Shown piece by piece: positions 48,021-57,142 of a stretch of DNA of 64,000 bases (position 1 is its first letter; every line of letters begins with the position of its first letter). The stretch spans positions 5,129 to 69,128 of the forward strand of contig JBAXNW010000006.1 in NCBI GenBank assembly GCA_037133555.1, given 5' to 3'. The notes under the pieces were generated by a model. The model worked only from the letters and a program-made list of their open reading frames with translations. It was not told the DNA's origin and did no database searches. Both the position numbers and the translations under genes were made by a program. Source of the DNA: Bacteroidota bacterium (GTDB taxonomy: Bacteria > Bacteroidota > Bacteroidia > Bacteroidales > JACABE01).

Positions 48021-49544
48021 TTATTCTAAACTACCTACTACTTTTTCAACTTCGGTAAGAATTTCACATGATTTTACCAATGCTTTCATGGCATTGTGGT
48101 CGTTATAAAGTGGACGGTCAATTTCGAGGAAATCAACATGACGACGAACGACTTCTTTGGCTTTTTGCACGCCTTTTCCAAAACTATACTCTCTAAAATC
48201 CAATGCCTGCGCAGCAGCCATCAATTCAATTCCTAATATTCCGTATGCATTATCCAAAATCTGGAAATTTTTCAAGGCGGTATTCATGCCCATCGATACA
48301 AAATCTTCCTGATCTGCTGCAGCCGGAATGGATTGGATAGAGGCCGGTACCGAAAGTATTCTTTGTTCAACGATGAGGGTATCAGCAGTATACTGACTGA
48401 GCATCAATCCGGAAAACATTCCGGCTCCTTTGGTCAGAAAAGCTGGTAAGCCAACGCTTAAGGCAGGGTTGTTCAAACGGTTCATTCTTCGTTCGGACAT
48501 TACACTAACCATAGTAATACAATAACCGGCCATGTCCATAGGAACAGCTACTGGAGAACCCTGGAAATTAGCACCTGAGAGTTGTATATCTTCATCTGGG
48601 AAAAAGATAGGATTATCTCCTACGCCATTTAATTCAATCTCAACTTGTGAGCGAGCATATGCCAACGCATCATGAGCTGCACCGATAACCTGTGGGGTCG
48701 AACGCATGGAATAGGCATCCTGTACCTTGCATTTTACTTTAGTCTGGTGTAAGTCACCGCCATTTACCATTTTTAAAATAGCAGCTGCACTTCTTATTGC
48801 GCCTTTAAAGCCTCTTACTTCGTGTAATTTTGGATTGTAAGGACGCATATTGGCTTTCATCGCCTCGAGCGACATGGCTGCGGCTATTTCTGCTTGTTTC
48901 AACCAATTGTTGGCATCAAAAAGGAAAAGAGCACTCATAGCTGTTAAAACATTGCTTCCATTAATGGTTGCCAAACCATCCCTTGCCTGTAAACCAGGTA
49001 TAGCAATTCCTGCTTTGTCCATGGCTTCTTTACCCTGATACAATTGGCCTTGGAAGTATGCTTTTCCTTCGCCCATCATCAGCAAGGCTATCTGTGACAT
49101 AGGCGCCAGATCACCACATGCACCAACGGAACCTTTTTCGCAAACAAAAGGAGTAACACCTTTATTCAGCATATCCACCAATGTTTGAGTGATTTCCAAA
49201 CGAACACCGGAATTACCGTGAGCATGTACATTGATACGACCTAACATCGCACCTCTTACATGATCCAAGGGCATAGCATCACCAATTCCTGCAGCATGGT
49301 TGTATACCAGGTACTTTTGAAATTCCTTTACCTGATCATCAGTAAGGACTACTTCCGAAAATTCACCAATACCGGTATTTACGCCATACATAATTTCACC
49401 GGCAATAATTTTGCGTTCGAGCATCGCACGGCATTTGTTGATACGGGCAACGGCGTCGGGATGCAATTCTACTTTCTGATTGTTACGGGCAACGTTTACA
49501 ACGTCTTCAATCCTGAGCCCGCTTCCTTTGATAATAAATGTCAT
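48021..49544 (-). CDS. hutH: Histidine ammonia-lyase family (MIO-dependent aromatic amino acid lyase) with an Ala-Cys-Gly triad
   Basis: 507 aa from the ATG at 49544 (MTFIIKGSGLRIEDV...). It has YGVNTGIGEFS, GSVGACGDLAPMS and NGSNV motifs. The longer ORF-track start (49679) adds 45 aa with no resemblance to the family and contains a promoter box. Confidence 0.82.
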   Translation of the reverse strand: MTFIIKGSGLRIEDVVNVARNNQKVELHPDAVARINKCRAMLERKIIAGEIMYGVNTGIGEFSEVVLTDDQVKEFQKYLVYNHAAGIGDAMPLDHVRGAMLGRINVHAHGNSGVRLEITQTLVDMLNKGVTPFVCEKGSVGACGDLAPMSQIALLMMGEGKAYFQGQLYQGKEAMDKAGIAIPGLQARDGLATINGSNVLTAMSALFLFDANNWLKQAEIAAAMSLEAMKANMRPYNPKLHEVRGFKGAIRSAAAILKMVNGGDLHQTKVKCKVQDAYSMRSTPQVIGAAHDALAYARSQVEIELNGVGDNPIFFPDEDIQLSGANFQGSPVAVPMDMAGYCITMVSVMSERRMNRLNNPALSVGLPAFLTKGAGMFSGLMLSQYTADTLIVEQRILSVPASIQSIPAAADQEDFVSMGMNTALKNFQILDNAYGILGIELMAAAQALDFREYSFGKGVQKAKEVVRRHVDFLEIDRPLYNDHNAMKALVKSCEILTEVEKVVGSLE

Positions 49545-49585
49545 CTGAATTTTTTTATGATAATGAATGAAATGATTTGCTGATA

Positions 49586-49593
49586 CAAACCTA
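49586..49593 (-). promoter_or_regulatory. -7 box (TAGGTTTG on the minus strand) upstream of hutH
   Basis: The plus strand reads CAAACCTA, 42 nt upstream of the ATG at 49544. Confidence 0.4.
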
Positions 49594-49782
49594 CATCTTT
49601 TTTTTGACATGAATGTAGTTGTAACGAAATTTTTGAACTCGAATTTAATTTCCAAATCCAAGCTATATTTTATAAACAAATTTAGCTTGAATGCTGAATG
49701 TTGTTTTCAAGGATACTTATTGACATACTGCCAATTAACATCAGCTTTTTAAAAACCAATGAATACTATTCAGTTTAAACCT

Positions 49783-50250
49783 TTATTTTTTTTCAATTCT
49801 ATATTTAAGTTGCATTCCATGCAAAAAATTTCTTAAAAACTGATCCTGACAAGGGCGGTATTGACTCTGGCTGGGATTACGGAAAAAGGCACTTAATTCG
49901 TGTTTACCGATGCGTAAATCCACCAGTTTAAGAATCTCCAGTATATCCTCATCTTTTAAATTGAGGGCAATTTTCAATTTTCTGAAAATCATATTATTGT
50001 CCAGCCTTTCTTCGGGAATGGCTTGTTCCCCTTCTTTTTTCCCTCTCCTGTCGTTGATGAGTCCGTTTAGGAAAACAGCCAGTTGCTTGTCTTTGAGTTC
50101 CTGATAAGCTGCATCATCTTCTTTTTTAAGCCAATCGCTGATTTCAGCCCGTGTAACATTTACATCCGCCAGACCGAATATTTCTATCATTTTTGAATCG
50201 CTGAAGTCGAATGTGTAACGAAGGCGGCGCAATATATCGTTGTTGTTCAT
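49783..50250 (-). CDS. DUF1456 (YehS-like) family protein
   Basis: 155-aa ORF with two repeats of the NDILRRLRY.F... / NMIFRKLKIAL... helix motif typical of DUF1456. Confidence 0.8.
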   Translation of the reverse strand: MNNNDILRRLRYTFDFSDSKMIEIFGLADVNVTRAEISDWLKKEDDAAYQELKDKQLAVFLNGLINDRRGKKEGEQAIPEERLDNNMIFRKLKIALNLKDEDILEILKLVDLRIGKHELSAFFRNPSQSQYRPCQDQFLRNFLHGMQLKYRIEKK

Positions 50251-50343
50251 GCTTATTTTTTTTATTTTTCTCTTGAAAATGGTTTTTTACTGCAAAATTA
50301 AAATTTTAACTAACCTCCGCGTTTTATTTCATCACGCTGTGAT

Positions 50344-51609
50344 TTATTCTACCATTAATTTTTTAAGCTCTAATCTGCCATTGCAGGTAGTTATTTCTAT
50401 AAAATACAGGCCTTTACTCAAATCGCTGACATCAATACTCTGTATGGAAGCATTCCTCAATTCGAGTTTTTTAACACAAAGGGCATTTGAATTTAAAATG
50501 CGAATGCAAAGGGGGAAATCGAATGCTTTGCTAGTTTCTATTTGAAGTTCCGATTGTGCAGGATTTGGGTATAGCTTGTATTGATTTTGTTGTAAATTTT
50601 CTTCCACATCTGTAATCAATAAATGTTGTGATATAGATTTAAATTTACAGCCGGCATTGTTTTCAGCCATTAAATAATAATGTCCGCTTTGACCAACGTT
50701 CAATGTATTGGTATTGATTGTGGAAAGCCACTGCATTTCTTTGTACCAGAAATAATGCAGAAAACTTCCAGCTGTAAGTTGACTGTTTTGCCATATTAAA
50801 TCAGGAGTGATGGTTTGTAGATTTGTAATTACAAAACTATCCATTAAAGTTTGCCAGGCTGACTGTTTTAACAAATCAGCTGTAATTGAAGAAAGACCTC
50901 CATTTTCGATGCTATAAGCAGGATTATCTCTGAAAATAGTTGAATAAATTACACTTGCGGTCAGGAAGGCACCCTCTGGTGAAGGATGTGTTTCGTCGGA
51001 TGACCATAAATCGAAAGTAGGATTGCTTAAAATAAGTTTTTTCCATGCTCCACCAATGGGGGCAATTATTTCATGAGCGGTATCATTCAGAAAGCGGTAA
51101 TTGGCAGCTATTCTGTCTATCATTTCAATGCCGGTATTTCCATTAGGCGGCAATCCGTTTTTCATTCCCCATCCTGCAAACCAAACCATTTTTGCACAGG
51201 GATTGTTCTTTAACACTGAATCTCTGATTTGCAAATGACCCTGAATTACTAAACTGGATGAAGGAAACTGACCATAATTCAGTACAAACCTACCCTGATT
51301 GTCTTGTAAAACCACGTAATCCCATTTATCAGAACGAATATTTTCATAAACCAAAGGATTGTTCATGTGAGCCTGGCTTCCTTGAGAAATATCGCCAACA
51401 CTTACACCTCCGGGTGCAAACATTTGTGTTTTAACTTTATATCCGGCATTGCTGGCTATGTTTCTAAAAATATCCGGCATATTTTCAAAATACGTAAAGC
51501 TATTCCCGATAAAGAGGACTTTGATGGTATCCTGTGCTTTGCAGCCTAATGCCATTAAAAAGTAAAAAAAGATGAATATCTGTTTAAACGTAAATATTTT
51601 TGATGTCAT
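50344..51609 (-). CDS. Secreted SGNH/GDSL-like hydrolase with T9SS C-terminal sorting domain
   Basis: 421-aa ORF with a signal peptide, block I FIGNSFTY and block V DETHPS. The CTD reads YKLYPNPAQSELQIE...GLYFIEI. Confidence 0.75.
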   Translation of the reverse strand: MTSKIFTFKQIFIFFYFLMALGCKAQDTIKVLFIGNSFTYFENMPDIFRNIASNAGYKVKTQMFAPGGVSVGDISQGSQAHMNNPLVYENIRSDKWDYVVLQDNQGRFVLNYGQFPSSSLVIQGHLQIRDSVLKNNPCAKMVWFAGWGMKNGLPPNGNTGIEMIDRIAANYRFLNDTAHEIIAPIGGAWKKLILSNPTFDLWSSDETHPSPEGAFLTASVIYSTIFRDNPAYSIENGGLSSITADLLKQSAWQTLMDSFVITNLQTITPDLIWQNSQLTAGSFLHYFWYKEMQWLSTINTNTLNVGQSGHYYLMAENNAGCKFKSISQHLLITDVEENLQQNQYKLYPNPAQSELQIETSKAFDFPLCIRILNSNALCVKKLELRNASIQSIDVSDLSKGLYFIEITTCNGRLELKKLMVE

Positions 51610-51717
51610 TTAAAAATTTGAAAAAAAATGATGTAATTTTGTGATAATTATCGTAAAAAGCTTGTATTTATTTTTAATGAAAATTTTTTCCAAAGGTAAA
51701 AAATAATAAAATCAGAC

Positions 51718-52572
51718 ATGAGAAGAAATCTATTTATTTTGGTAACAATAGCCTTATTGCCTGTTAACCATACATTTGCACAATGTGCACAAACTGCCAG
51801 TATTTATTCTTTTAATTATGGCGGTCACCATTACGAAATTGTAAAAGAATTAAAAATCTGGACAGATGCAGCAGCTTGTGCAGTTGAAAGAGGAGGCTAT
51901 CTGGTTAGAATTGATAATGCAGCAGAAAATGCTCAGCTAATGACGTCAATCAATGCTGCAGGTATTGCTGCAACGTATCACCCTGTTACAGACGGAGGTG
52001 GAGCTTCCTATATCTGGACAGGAGGTAGCGACAAAAACACTGAAGGCAGCTGGTTATGGGATGGAGATAATAACAATATTGGCACTAATTTCTGGACAGG
52101 ACAAGGGACTGCCGGAAGTGGTGGAGGTGCAGCAATAGCCGGAGCTTATGTTAACTGGGGGTGTAACACCTATTGCGAACCTGACAACTATTTTTATATT
52201 CACGATCAGGATGCCCTGGGATTTGCATTAAATACATGGCCTTATGGAAGTGCCACACAATGGAATGATATTGATATGATGAATACCTTGTATTACATCA
52301 TTGAATTTGATAATACAGGCATTAATGATACAAAAGGAAGTAATAATCCTGACGTTTTTCCTAATCCTGCTAAGGATTATATTCAGATAAATGGATTACA
52401 ACCTAATATTCAGCATGCCGAAATCAGCATTATTGCTGTTGACGGGAAAGTTGTTATTCATCAAATCCCCAAAACCCAGAAAATTGATATTTCTTCATTG
52501 AGTTTTGGCAATTATATTGTAAAAATAAAATCGGAAAATGAAAGTTTTTTTTGCCGTTTTATAAAGCAATAA
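51718..52572 (+). CDS. C-type lectin domain protein with T9SS C-terminal sorting domain
   Basis: 284-aa ORF with a signal peptide. WTDAAACAVERGGYLVRIDNAAEN, WTGGSD...EGSWLW, CEPDN and QWNDI match C-type lectin fold landmarks. The CTD reads VFPNPAKDYIQI...GNYIVKIK. Confidence 0.72.
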   Translation: MRRNLFILVTIALLPVNHTFAQCAQTASIYSFNYGGHHYEIVKELKIWTDAAACAVERGGYLVRIDNAAENAQLMTSINAAGIAATYHPVTDGGGASYIWTGGSDKNTEGSWLWDGDNNNIGTNFWTGQGTAGSGGGAAIAGAYVNWGCNTYCEPDNYFYIHDQDALGFALNTWPYGSATQWNDIDMMNTLYYIIEFDNTGINDTKGSNNPDVFPNPAKDYIQINGLQPNIQHAEISIIAVDGKVVIHQIPKTQKIDISSLSFGNYIVKIKSENESFFCRFIKQ

Positions 52573-52644
52573 TTAATCTCACTTAGGATGTGATAATAAA
52601 GTATTTAGATTGTAAATACACAAATTCAATGCATTACGAAAATT

Positions 52645-53199
52645 CTAAGAGTTAATAATTTTCTCGTACAAAGCTTTTCCTGTACGGATATCGGTACCAT
52701 ATAATTCAACGAATTCGACAGTTGTGTACATTTTAGGTTTAGCAGTTACAAATATTTTATTCAAATTGGCATCGCAACCATTTATTTTTATCAAAGCATG
52801 CGTTATGCCTTTATTATCGATAGTAACCAATATTTTTCGCTTATTAAAAGCTTTCAATGTAACATAAATGGAGGACGAATTTGTTTTTTCAAAGCTAAAA
52901 CCATAAGCCATACGGCGTTGTATATAATTTAATTCAGACCTTTTGCCGTCAGTTGCATATTCCATCCAATAAGCATCAATTGGATTTTCTTGATTCAAAG
53001 TACCGTTCTTCAATACATTTGCATCGTAACATACTGCATTTTTGTTCATATTCCTTTCAATCACGAACAAACGTTGCGTTAGTTTTTCAGGTCCAACGGT
53101 GTTGATTTCCTTCAAAGTTATTGTGTTTTTATACTCTAAACCCAAATTTTTTGGATTAAATGAAATACTTAAAAGGCACAATAAGAGAATTTTATTCAT
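52645..53199 (-). CDS. Secreted hypothetical protein (possibly DUF4833 family)
   Basis: 184-aa ORF with a signal peptide. The family call rests only on my recollection of the RLFVIERNMNKNAVCYDAN-type motif. Confidence 0.55.
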   Translation of the reverse strand: MNKILLLCLLSISFNPKNLGLEYKNTITLKEINTVGPEKLTQRLFVIERNMNKNAVCYDANVLKNGTLNQENPIDAYWMEYATDGKRSELNYIQRRMAYGFSFEKTNSSSIYVTLKAFNKRKILVTIDNKGITHALIKINGCDANLNKIFVTAKPKMYTTVEFVELYGTDIRTGKALYEKIINS

Positions 53200-53404
53200 A
53201 AAATTTTATTTCAAGATTTATTTTACAAAAGTATAAAAAATTTAATTTAAATTGAATGATCTTGAAAAAGCTTATTTGTTAAAAGTTGATAAAAAACTCA
53301 TGGAATTTGAAATTTTTAATGCTGTATTTAAAAAGAGTGTATCTTTGTAAGTTAATTGCCAATTATTTATTGGAAATGCACTTATTATTACAAACAATAC
53401 ACTT

Positions 53405-54457
53405 ATGAACTTAAAAATCAGAATTTTTGAATTATTTTTAATACCTATTTTCTTGTTGTTTTTTCAATCACTCAATGCCCAACAACAAAAACAAGCCAAA
53501 GTCGCTTGCATTGGGTTTTATAATCTCGAAAACTTTTTTGACACGATAAAGCAAGATAATCTCAATGGCGAAGAATTTACGCCCAATGGTATTTATAGAT
53601 GGAATACTGAAAAATACCACATCAAACTGAAAAATATGTCGGAAGTAATTTCTAAAATTGGGGACGAATTGGTTAAAGGAGGTCCAATTATAATGGGGTT
53701 TTCAGAAATGGAAAATAGAAGTGTACTTGAAGACCTAGTCAGTCAAGCAGCTTTAAAGCCAATGAATTATGGGATTGTACATTACGATTCGCCCGATCGA
53801 AGAGGTGTGGATGTAGGTTTGATTTATCAAAAACAACATTTTACAGTTAACTATAGCTATCCTGTAAAACTTACAATGCCAAACGATACAAGCTTTCGTT
53901 CTCGTGATCAATTGGTTGTTTATGGATTATTTGATGGTGAGCCGATGTATATAATTGTAAATCATTGGCCTTCAAGAAGTGGTGGCGAGAAAAAAAGCGA
54001 ACCTAAACGTGCAAGAGCTGCTGAGGTTTGCCGTTCCATTGCCGATTCTATCATGCAAAGAGACCCTTCTGCCAAAATTCTAATAATGGGCGATTTGAAC
54101 GATGATCCCAAAGACCCTAGCTTGTTAAAATTTTTAAAAGCAAAAAAAACAATAGAAGAAACCAAACCAGGCGATTTATTCAACCCAATGTATAAATTAT
54201 TTAAAGATGGTATTGGTTCTTTGGCTTACAGGGATTCATGGAATTTATTCGATCAGATTATTGTTTCGTATCCATTGATTGAAAAAGAAAAAACATCCTA
54301 TAGATTATACCAGGCGAAAGTTTACAATAAAAGTTATCTTACAACCAAAGAAGGTCAATATACAGGTTACCCCTGGCGCACTTATTCAGGTACTACTTTT
54401 ATGGCCGGTTATAGCGACCATTTCCCTGTTTATGTTTTTTTGGTAAAAGAAAAGTAA
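53405..54457 (+). CDS. Endonuclease/exonuclease/phosphatase (EEP) family protein, secreted
   Basis: 350-aa ORF with a signal peptide, N-terminal NLENFFD, internal VNHWPSRSGG and GDLND, and C-terminal SDHFPV. Confidence 0.82.
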   Translation: MNLKIRIFELFLIPIFLLFFQSLNAQQQKQAKVACIGFYNLENFFDTIKQDNLNGEEFTPNGIYRWNTEKYHIKLKNMSEVISKIGDELVKGGPIIMGFSEMENRSVLEDLVSQAALKPMNYGIVHYDSPDRRGVDVGLIYQKQHFTVNYSYPVKLTMPNDTSFRSRDQLVVYGLFDGEPMYIIVNHWPSRSGGEKKSEPKRARAAEVCRSIADSIMQRDPSAKILIMGDLNDDPKDPSLLKFLKAKKTIEETKPGDLFNPMYKLFKDGIGSLAYRDSWNLFDQIIVSYPLIEKEKTSYRLYQAKVYNKSYLTTKEGQYTGYPWRTYSGTTFMAGYSDHFPVYVFLVKEK

Positions 54458-54540
54458 ACCCGATTAACAAAATTTATGAACTTGATAAACTGCATTTTAT
54501 AATATACTAAGGTATTTCACGTTTTTTTAATAATTTCATT

Positions 54541-54548
54541 TATTTTTG
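54541..54548 (+). promoter_or_regulatory. -7 box TATTTTTG upstream of the GT2 gene
   Basis: Matches TAnnTTTG, 38 nt before the ATG at 54586. Confidence 0.45.
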
Positions 54549-54585
54549 TGCTCTGCTATATTAATCATAAAAAAATTGTAATCCT

Positions 54586-55323
54586 ATGCCAGACAGCATC
54601 GTAATTATACCAACATACAACGAAAAAGAAAATATTGAACGAATCCTCCGTAAGGTTTTTTCACTTCAACAAAGCTTTGATGTATTGATTGTTGAAGATA
54701 ATTCGCCCGATGGAACTGCAAATATTGTAAAAAAACTGATGCAGGAGTTCCCCGAAAGACTTTTTATAGAAGAACGAAAAGGGAAACTGGGATTGGGAAC
54801 GGCCTATATTCATGGTTTTAAATGGGCCTTAGAAAAAAAATACAATTATATCTTTGAAATGGATGCAGATTTTTCACATAATCCTGAGGACTTGATGCGT
54901 TTGTATGATGCCTGTGCCAGGCAAGGGGGCGATGTTGCTATTGGTTCGCGTTACATCAAAGGTGTAAATGTGGTAAACTGGCCAATGGGACGCGTGTTGA
55001 TGTCCTATTTTGCATCCATTTATGTTAGATTTATTACCAGGATGAAAATTATGGATACAACAGCTGGTTTTAAATGTTATCGTTCAGAAGTGCTGAAAGC
55101 CATCAATTTAGATAAAATTAAATTTATGGGTTATGCTTTTCAGATAGAAATGAAATTCACAGCTTGGAAACTTGGATTCAATGTAGTGGAAGTTCCCATT
55201 ATTTTTACGGATCGAACCGAAGGTACTTCAAAAATGAGCAAAAGCATATTTAAGGAAGCCTTTATTGGAGTCCTAAGTATGAAATTAGCCAGCTGGTTTA
55301 AGAAATACGAACGTTTACAATAA
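54586..55323 (+). CDS. Polyprenol-phosphate mannosyltransferase (GT2, Dpm1-like)
   Basis: 245-aa ORF with IVIIPTYNEKENI, VEDNSPDGT, EMDADFSH and GFKCYR. Confidence 0.85.
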   Translation: MPDSIVIIPTYNEKENIERILRKVFSLQQSFDVLIVEDNSPDGTANIVKKLMQEFPERLFIEERKGKLGLGTAYIHGFKWALEKKYNYIFEMDADFSHNPEDLMRLYDACARQGGDVAIGSRYIKGVNVVNWPMGRVLMSYFASIYVRFITRMKIMDTTAGFKCYRSEVLKAINLDKIKFMGYAFQIEMKFTAWKLGFNVVEVPIIFTDRTEGTSKMSKSIFKEAFIGVLSMKLASWFKKYERLQ

Positions 55324-55327
55324 CCCA

Positions 55328-55352
55328 AAGGCCGCTTGATGCGGTCTTTTTT
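55328..55352 (+). terminator. Rho-independent terminator after the GT2 gene
   Basis: An 8-bp stem AAGGCCGC/GCGGTCTT (one G-U pair) with a 5-nt loop, followed by a T-run. Confidence 0.65.
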
Positions 55353-55364
55353 ATACTTTGATTT

Positions 55365-56726
55365 ATGAAACAATTGAATTATATAATCCTTCATGCCATG
55401 ATTGTCAACGAAGGTTTGATAAAGAAGGGGAATATTGCAATAAAAAACGGATACGTTCATGAAGTTTCTTTTGAAGGCAAAGAAGAAGATTTTTTAAATA
55501 AATATTTAGATTTTACAATAATTGAAGCAGAAGGAAAATATCTTCTGCCAGGTATTATTGATGACCAGGTGCATTTTCGCGAACCTGGCTTCAGCAACAA
55601 AGGCGATATTTACAGCGAAAGTAAAGCTGCCGTAGCGGGAGGTATAACTTCCTATATGGAAATGCCCAATACTCTGCCTCAAACCTTAACGCAGGAATTG
55701 CTCGAATCAAAATACAGTCTGGCAGCCGAAAAATCTTTGGCTAACTATTCATTTTACATGGGTGTTTCCAACGATAATACCGAAGAAGTCCTCAAAACCA
55801 ATCCACACAATGTTTGTGGAATCAAATTATTTATGGGCGCATCCACCGGCAATATGTTGGTCGATAATCCCACAACCCTGGAAGCTGTTTTTGCCGGTAC
55901 CACTATGTTGATTGCATTGCATTGCGAAGACGAGAATATAATCAAGCAAAATGTTGCTCTGTTTCGTCAAAAATACGGTGAAGATGTTCCAATTGAAGCC
56001 CATCCTCTGATCAGAAGCCGCGAAGCCTGCTATTCTTCTTCTTCTTATGCAATTGAATTGGCTAAAAAACACAATACCCGCATTCACATTTTTCATTTGT
56101 CAACGGCTGAAGAAACAGCTTTGTTAGATAATACCATCCCTTTAGACAAAAAAAGAATAACTGCTGAAGTTTGTGTGCATCATTTATGGTTTTCCGATAA
56201 AGACTATCAGGAAAAAGGAAATTTCATTAAATGGAATCCGGCTATTAAATCAGCTAATGACCGTGATGCATTGATGGCCGCTGTATTATCTGACAAAATA
56301 GACATCATCGCTACCGATCATGCACCTCATACCCTAGAAGAAAAGCAAAACACTTATTTCAAAGCACCCTCAGGTGGCCCATTGGTACAACACGCTTTGG
56401 TTGCTATGTTAGATTTGTATCATCAGGGTAAAATAGGAATAGAGAAAATTGTCGAAAAAATGAGTCACAATCCTGCCATTTTGTTTGGAATCGAAAAAAG
56501 AGGATTTATTAGAGAATCCTATCATGCTGACCTGGTATTGCTTGACTTAAACAATCCATGGAAAGTTCAAAAAGATAATATATTGTACAAATGTGGCTGG
56601 TCTCCATTCGAAAATCATCGTTTTTTATCGAAAATTACCCATACTTTTGTCAATGGAAACCTGGTTTATTGTAATGGAAAATTCAACGAATCCGATAAAG
56701 GACAACGATTATTGTTTAACAAATAG
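55365..56726 (+). CDS. pyrC: Dihydroorotase (long Bacteroidota-type cyclic amidohydrolase)
   Basis: 453-aa ORF with LPGIIDDQVHFREPG, FMGASTGN, IATDHAPH and a conserved C-terminal beta domain. Confidence 0.82.
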   Translation: MKQLNYIILHAMIVNEGLIKKGNIAIKNGYVHEVSFEGKEEDFLNKYLDFTIIEAEGKYLLPGIIDDQVHFREPGFSNKGDIYSESKAAVAGGITSYMEMPNTLPQTLTQELLESKYSLAAEKSLANYSFYMGVSNDNTEEVLKTNPHNVCGIKLFMGASTGNMLVDNPTTLEAVFAGTTMLIALHCEDENIIKQNVALFRQKYGEDVPIEAHPLIRSREACYSSSSYAIELAKKHNTRIHIFHLSTAEETALLDNTIPLDKKRITAEVCVHHLWFSDKDYQEKGNFIKWNPAIKSANDRDALMAAVLSDKIDIIATDHAPHTLEEKQNTYFKAPSGGPLVQHALVAMLDLYHQGKIGIEKIVEKMSHNPAILFGIEKRGFIRESYHADLVLLDLNNPWKVQKDNILYKCGWSPFENHRFLSKITHTFVNGNLVYCNGKFNESDKGQRLLFNK

Positions 56727-56730
56727 AAAT

Positions 56731-57087
56731 ATGCTAAGAAAAATCTGTTTTTTTATTGTATTGATACTGCTGCTTTCGTGCCACTCAAAAAAGCAAACCA
56801 CTCAGCCTGATTTTGGGAAAATTCTAGACCATCATCAAATGACTGAAGTCTTGGTTGATTTTTATCTTATTGAAGCTAATTTGGCAAACGGTGTTCAGGA
56901 TGAAGCTTATCTGAAACAATATACATCCCATTATTATCGCTATTTTTACAAAAAACATAAAATTAACCGTCAGCAATTTATAATTAGTATGGAATATTAT
57001 TGTTTCCATACCAAAGAACTCACCCAGATTTACAATGATGTTATCACCCATCTGGCTGCTATGCAATCACCGGCTTTAAAACAATAG
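56731..57087 (+). CDS. Lipoprotein, DUF4296-like
   Basis: 118 aa from the ATG at 56731, with lipobox LLLSC (MLRKICFFIVLILLLSCHS). The ORF-track start at 56593 would overlap pyrC by 134 nt. Confidence 0.6.
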   Translation: MLRKICFFIVLILLLSCHSKKQTTQPDFGKILDHHQMTEVLVDFYLIEANLANGVQDEAYLKQYTSHYYRYFYKKHKINRQQFIISMEYYCFHTKELTQIYNDVITHLAAMQSPALKQ

Positions 57088-57142
57088 CTTAAGATTCATC
57101 TGAATTAACCACAACAACATCAGCCCTAATAAACACCAAACA

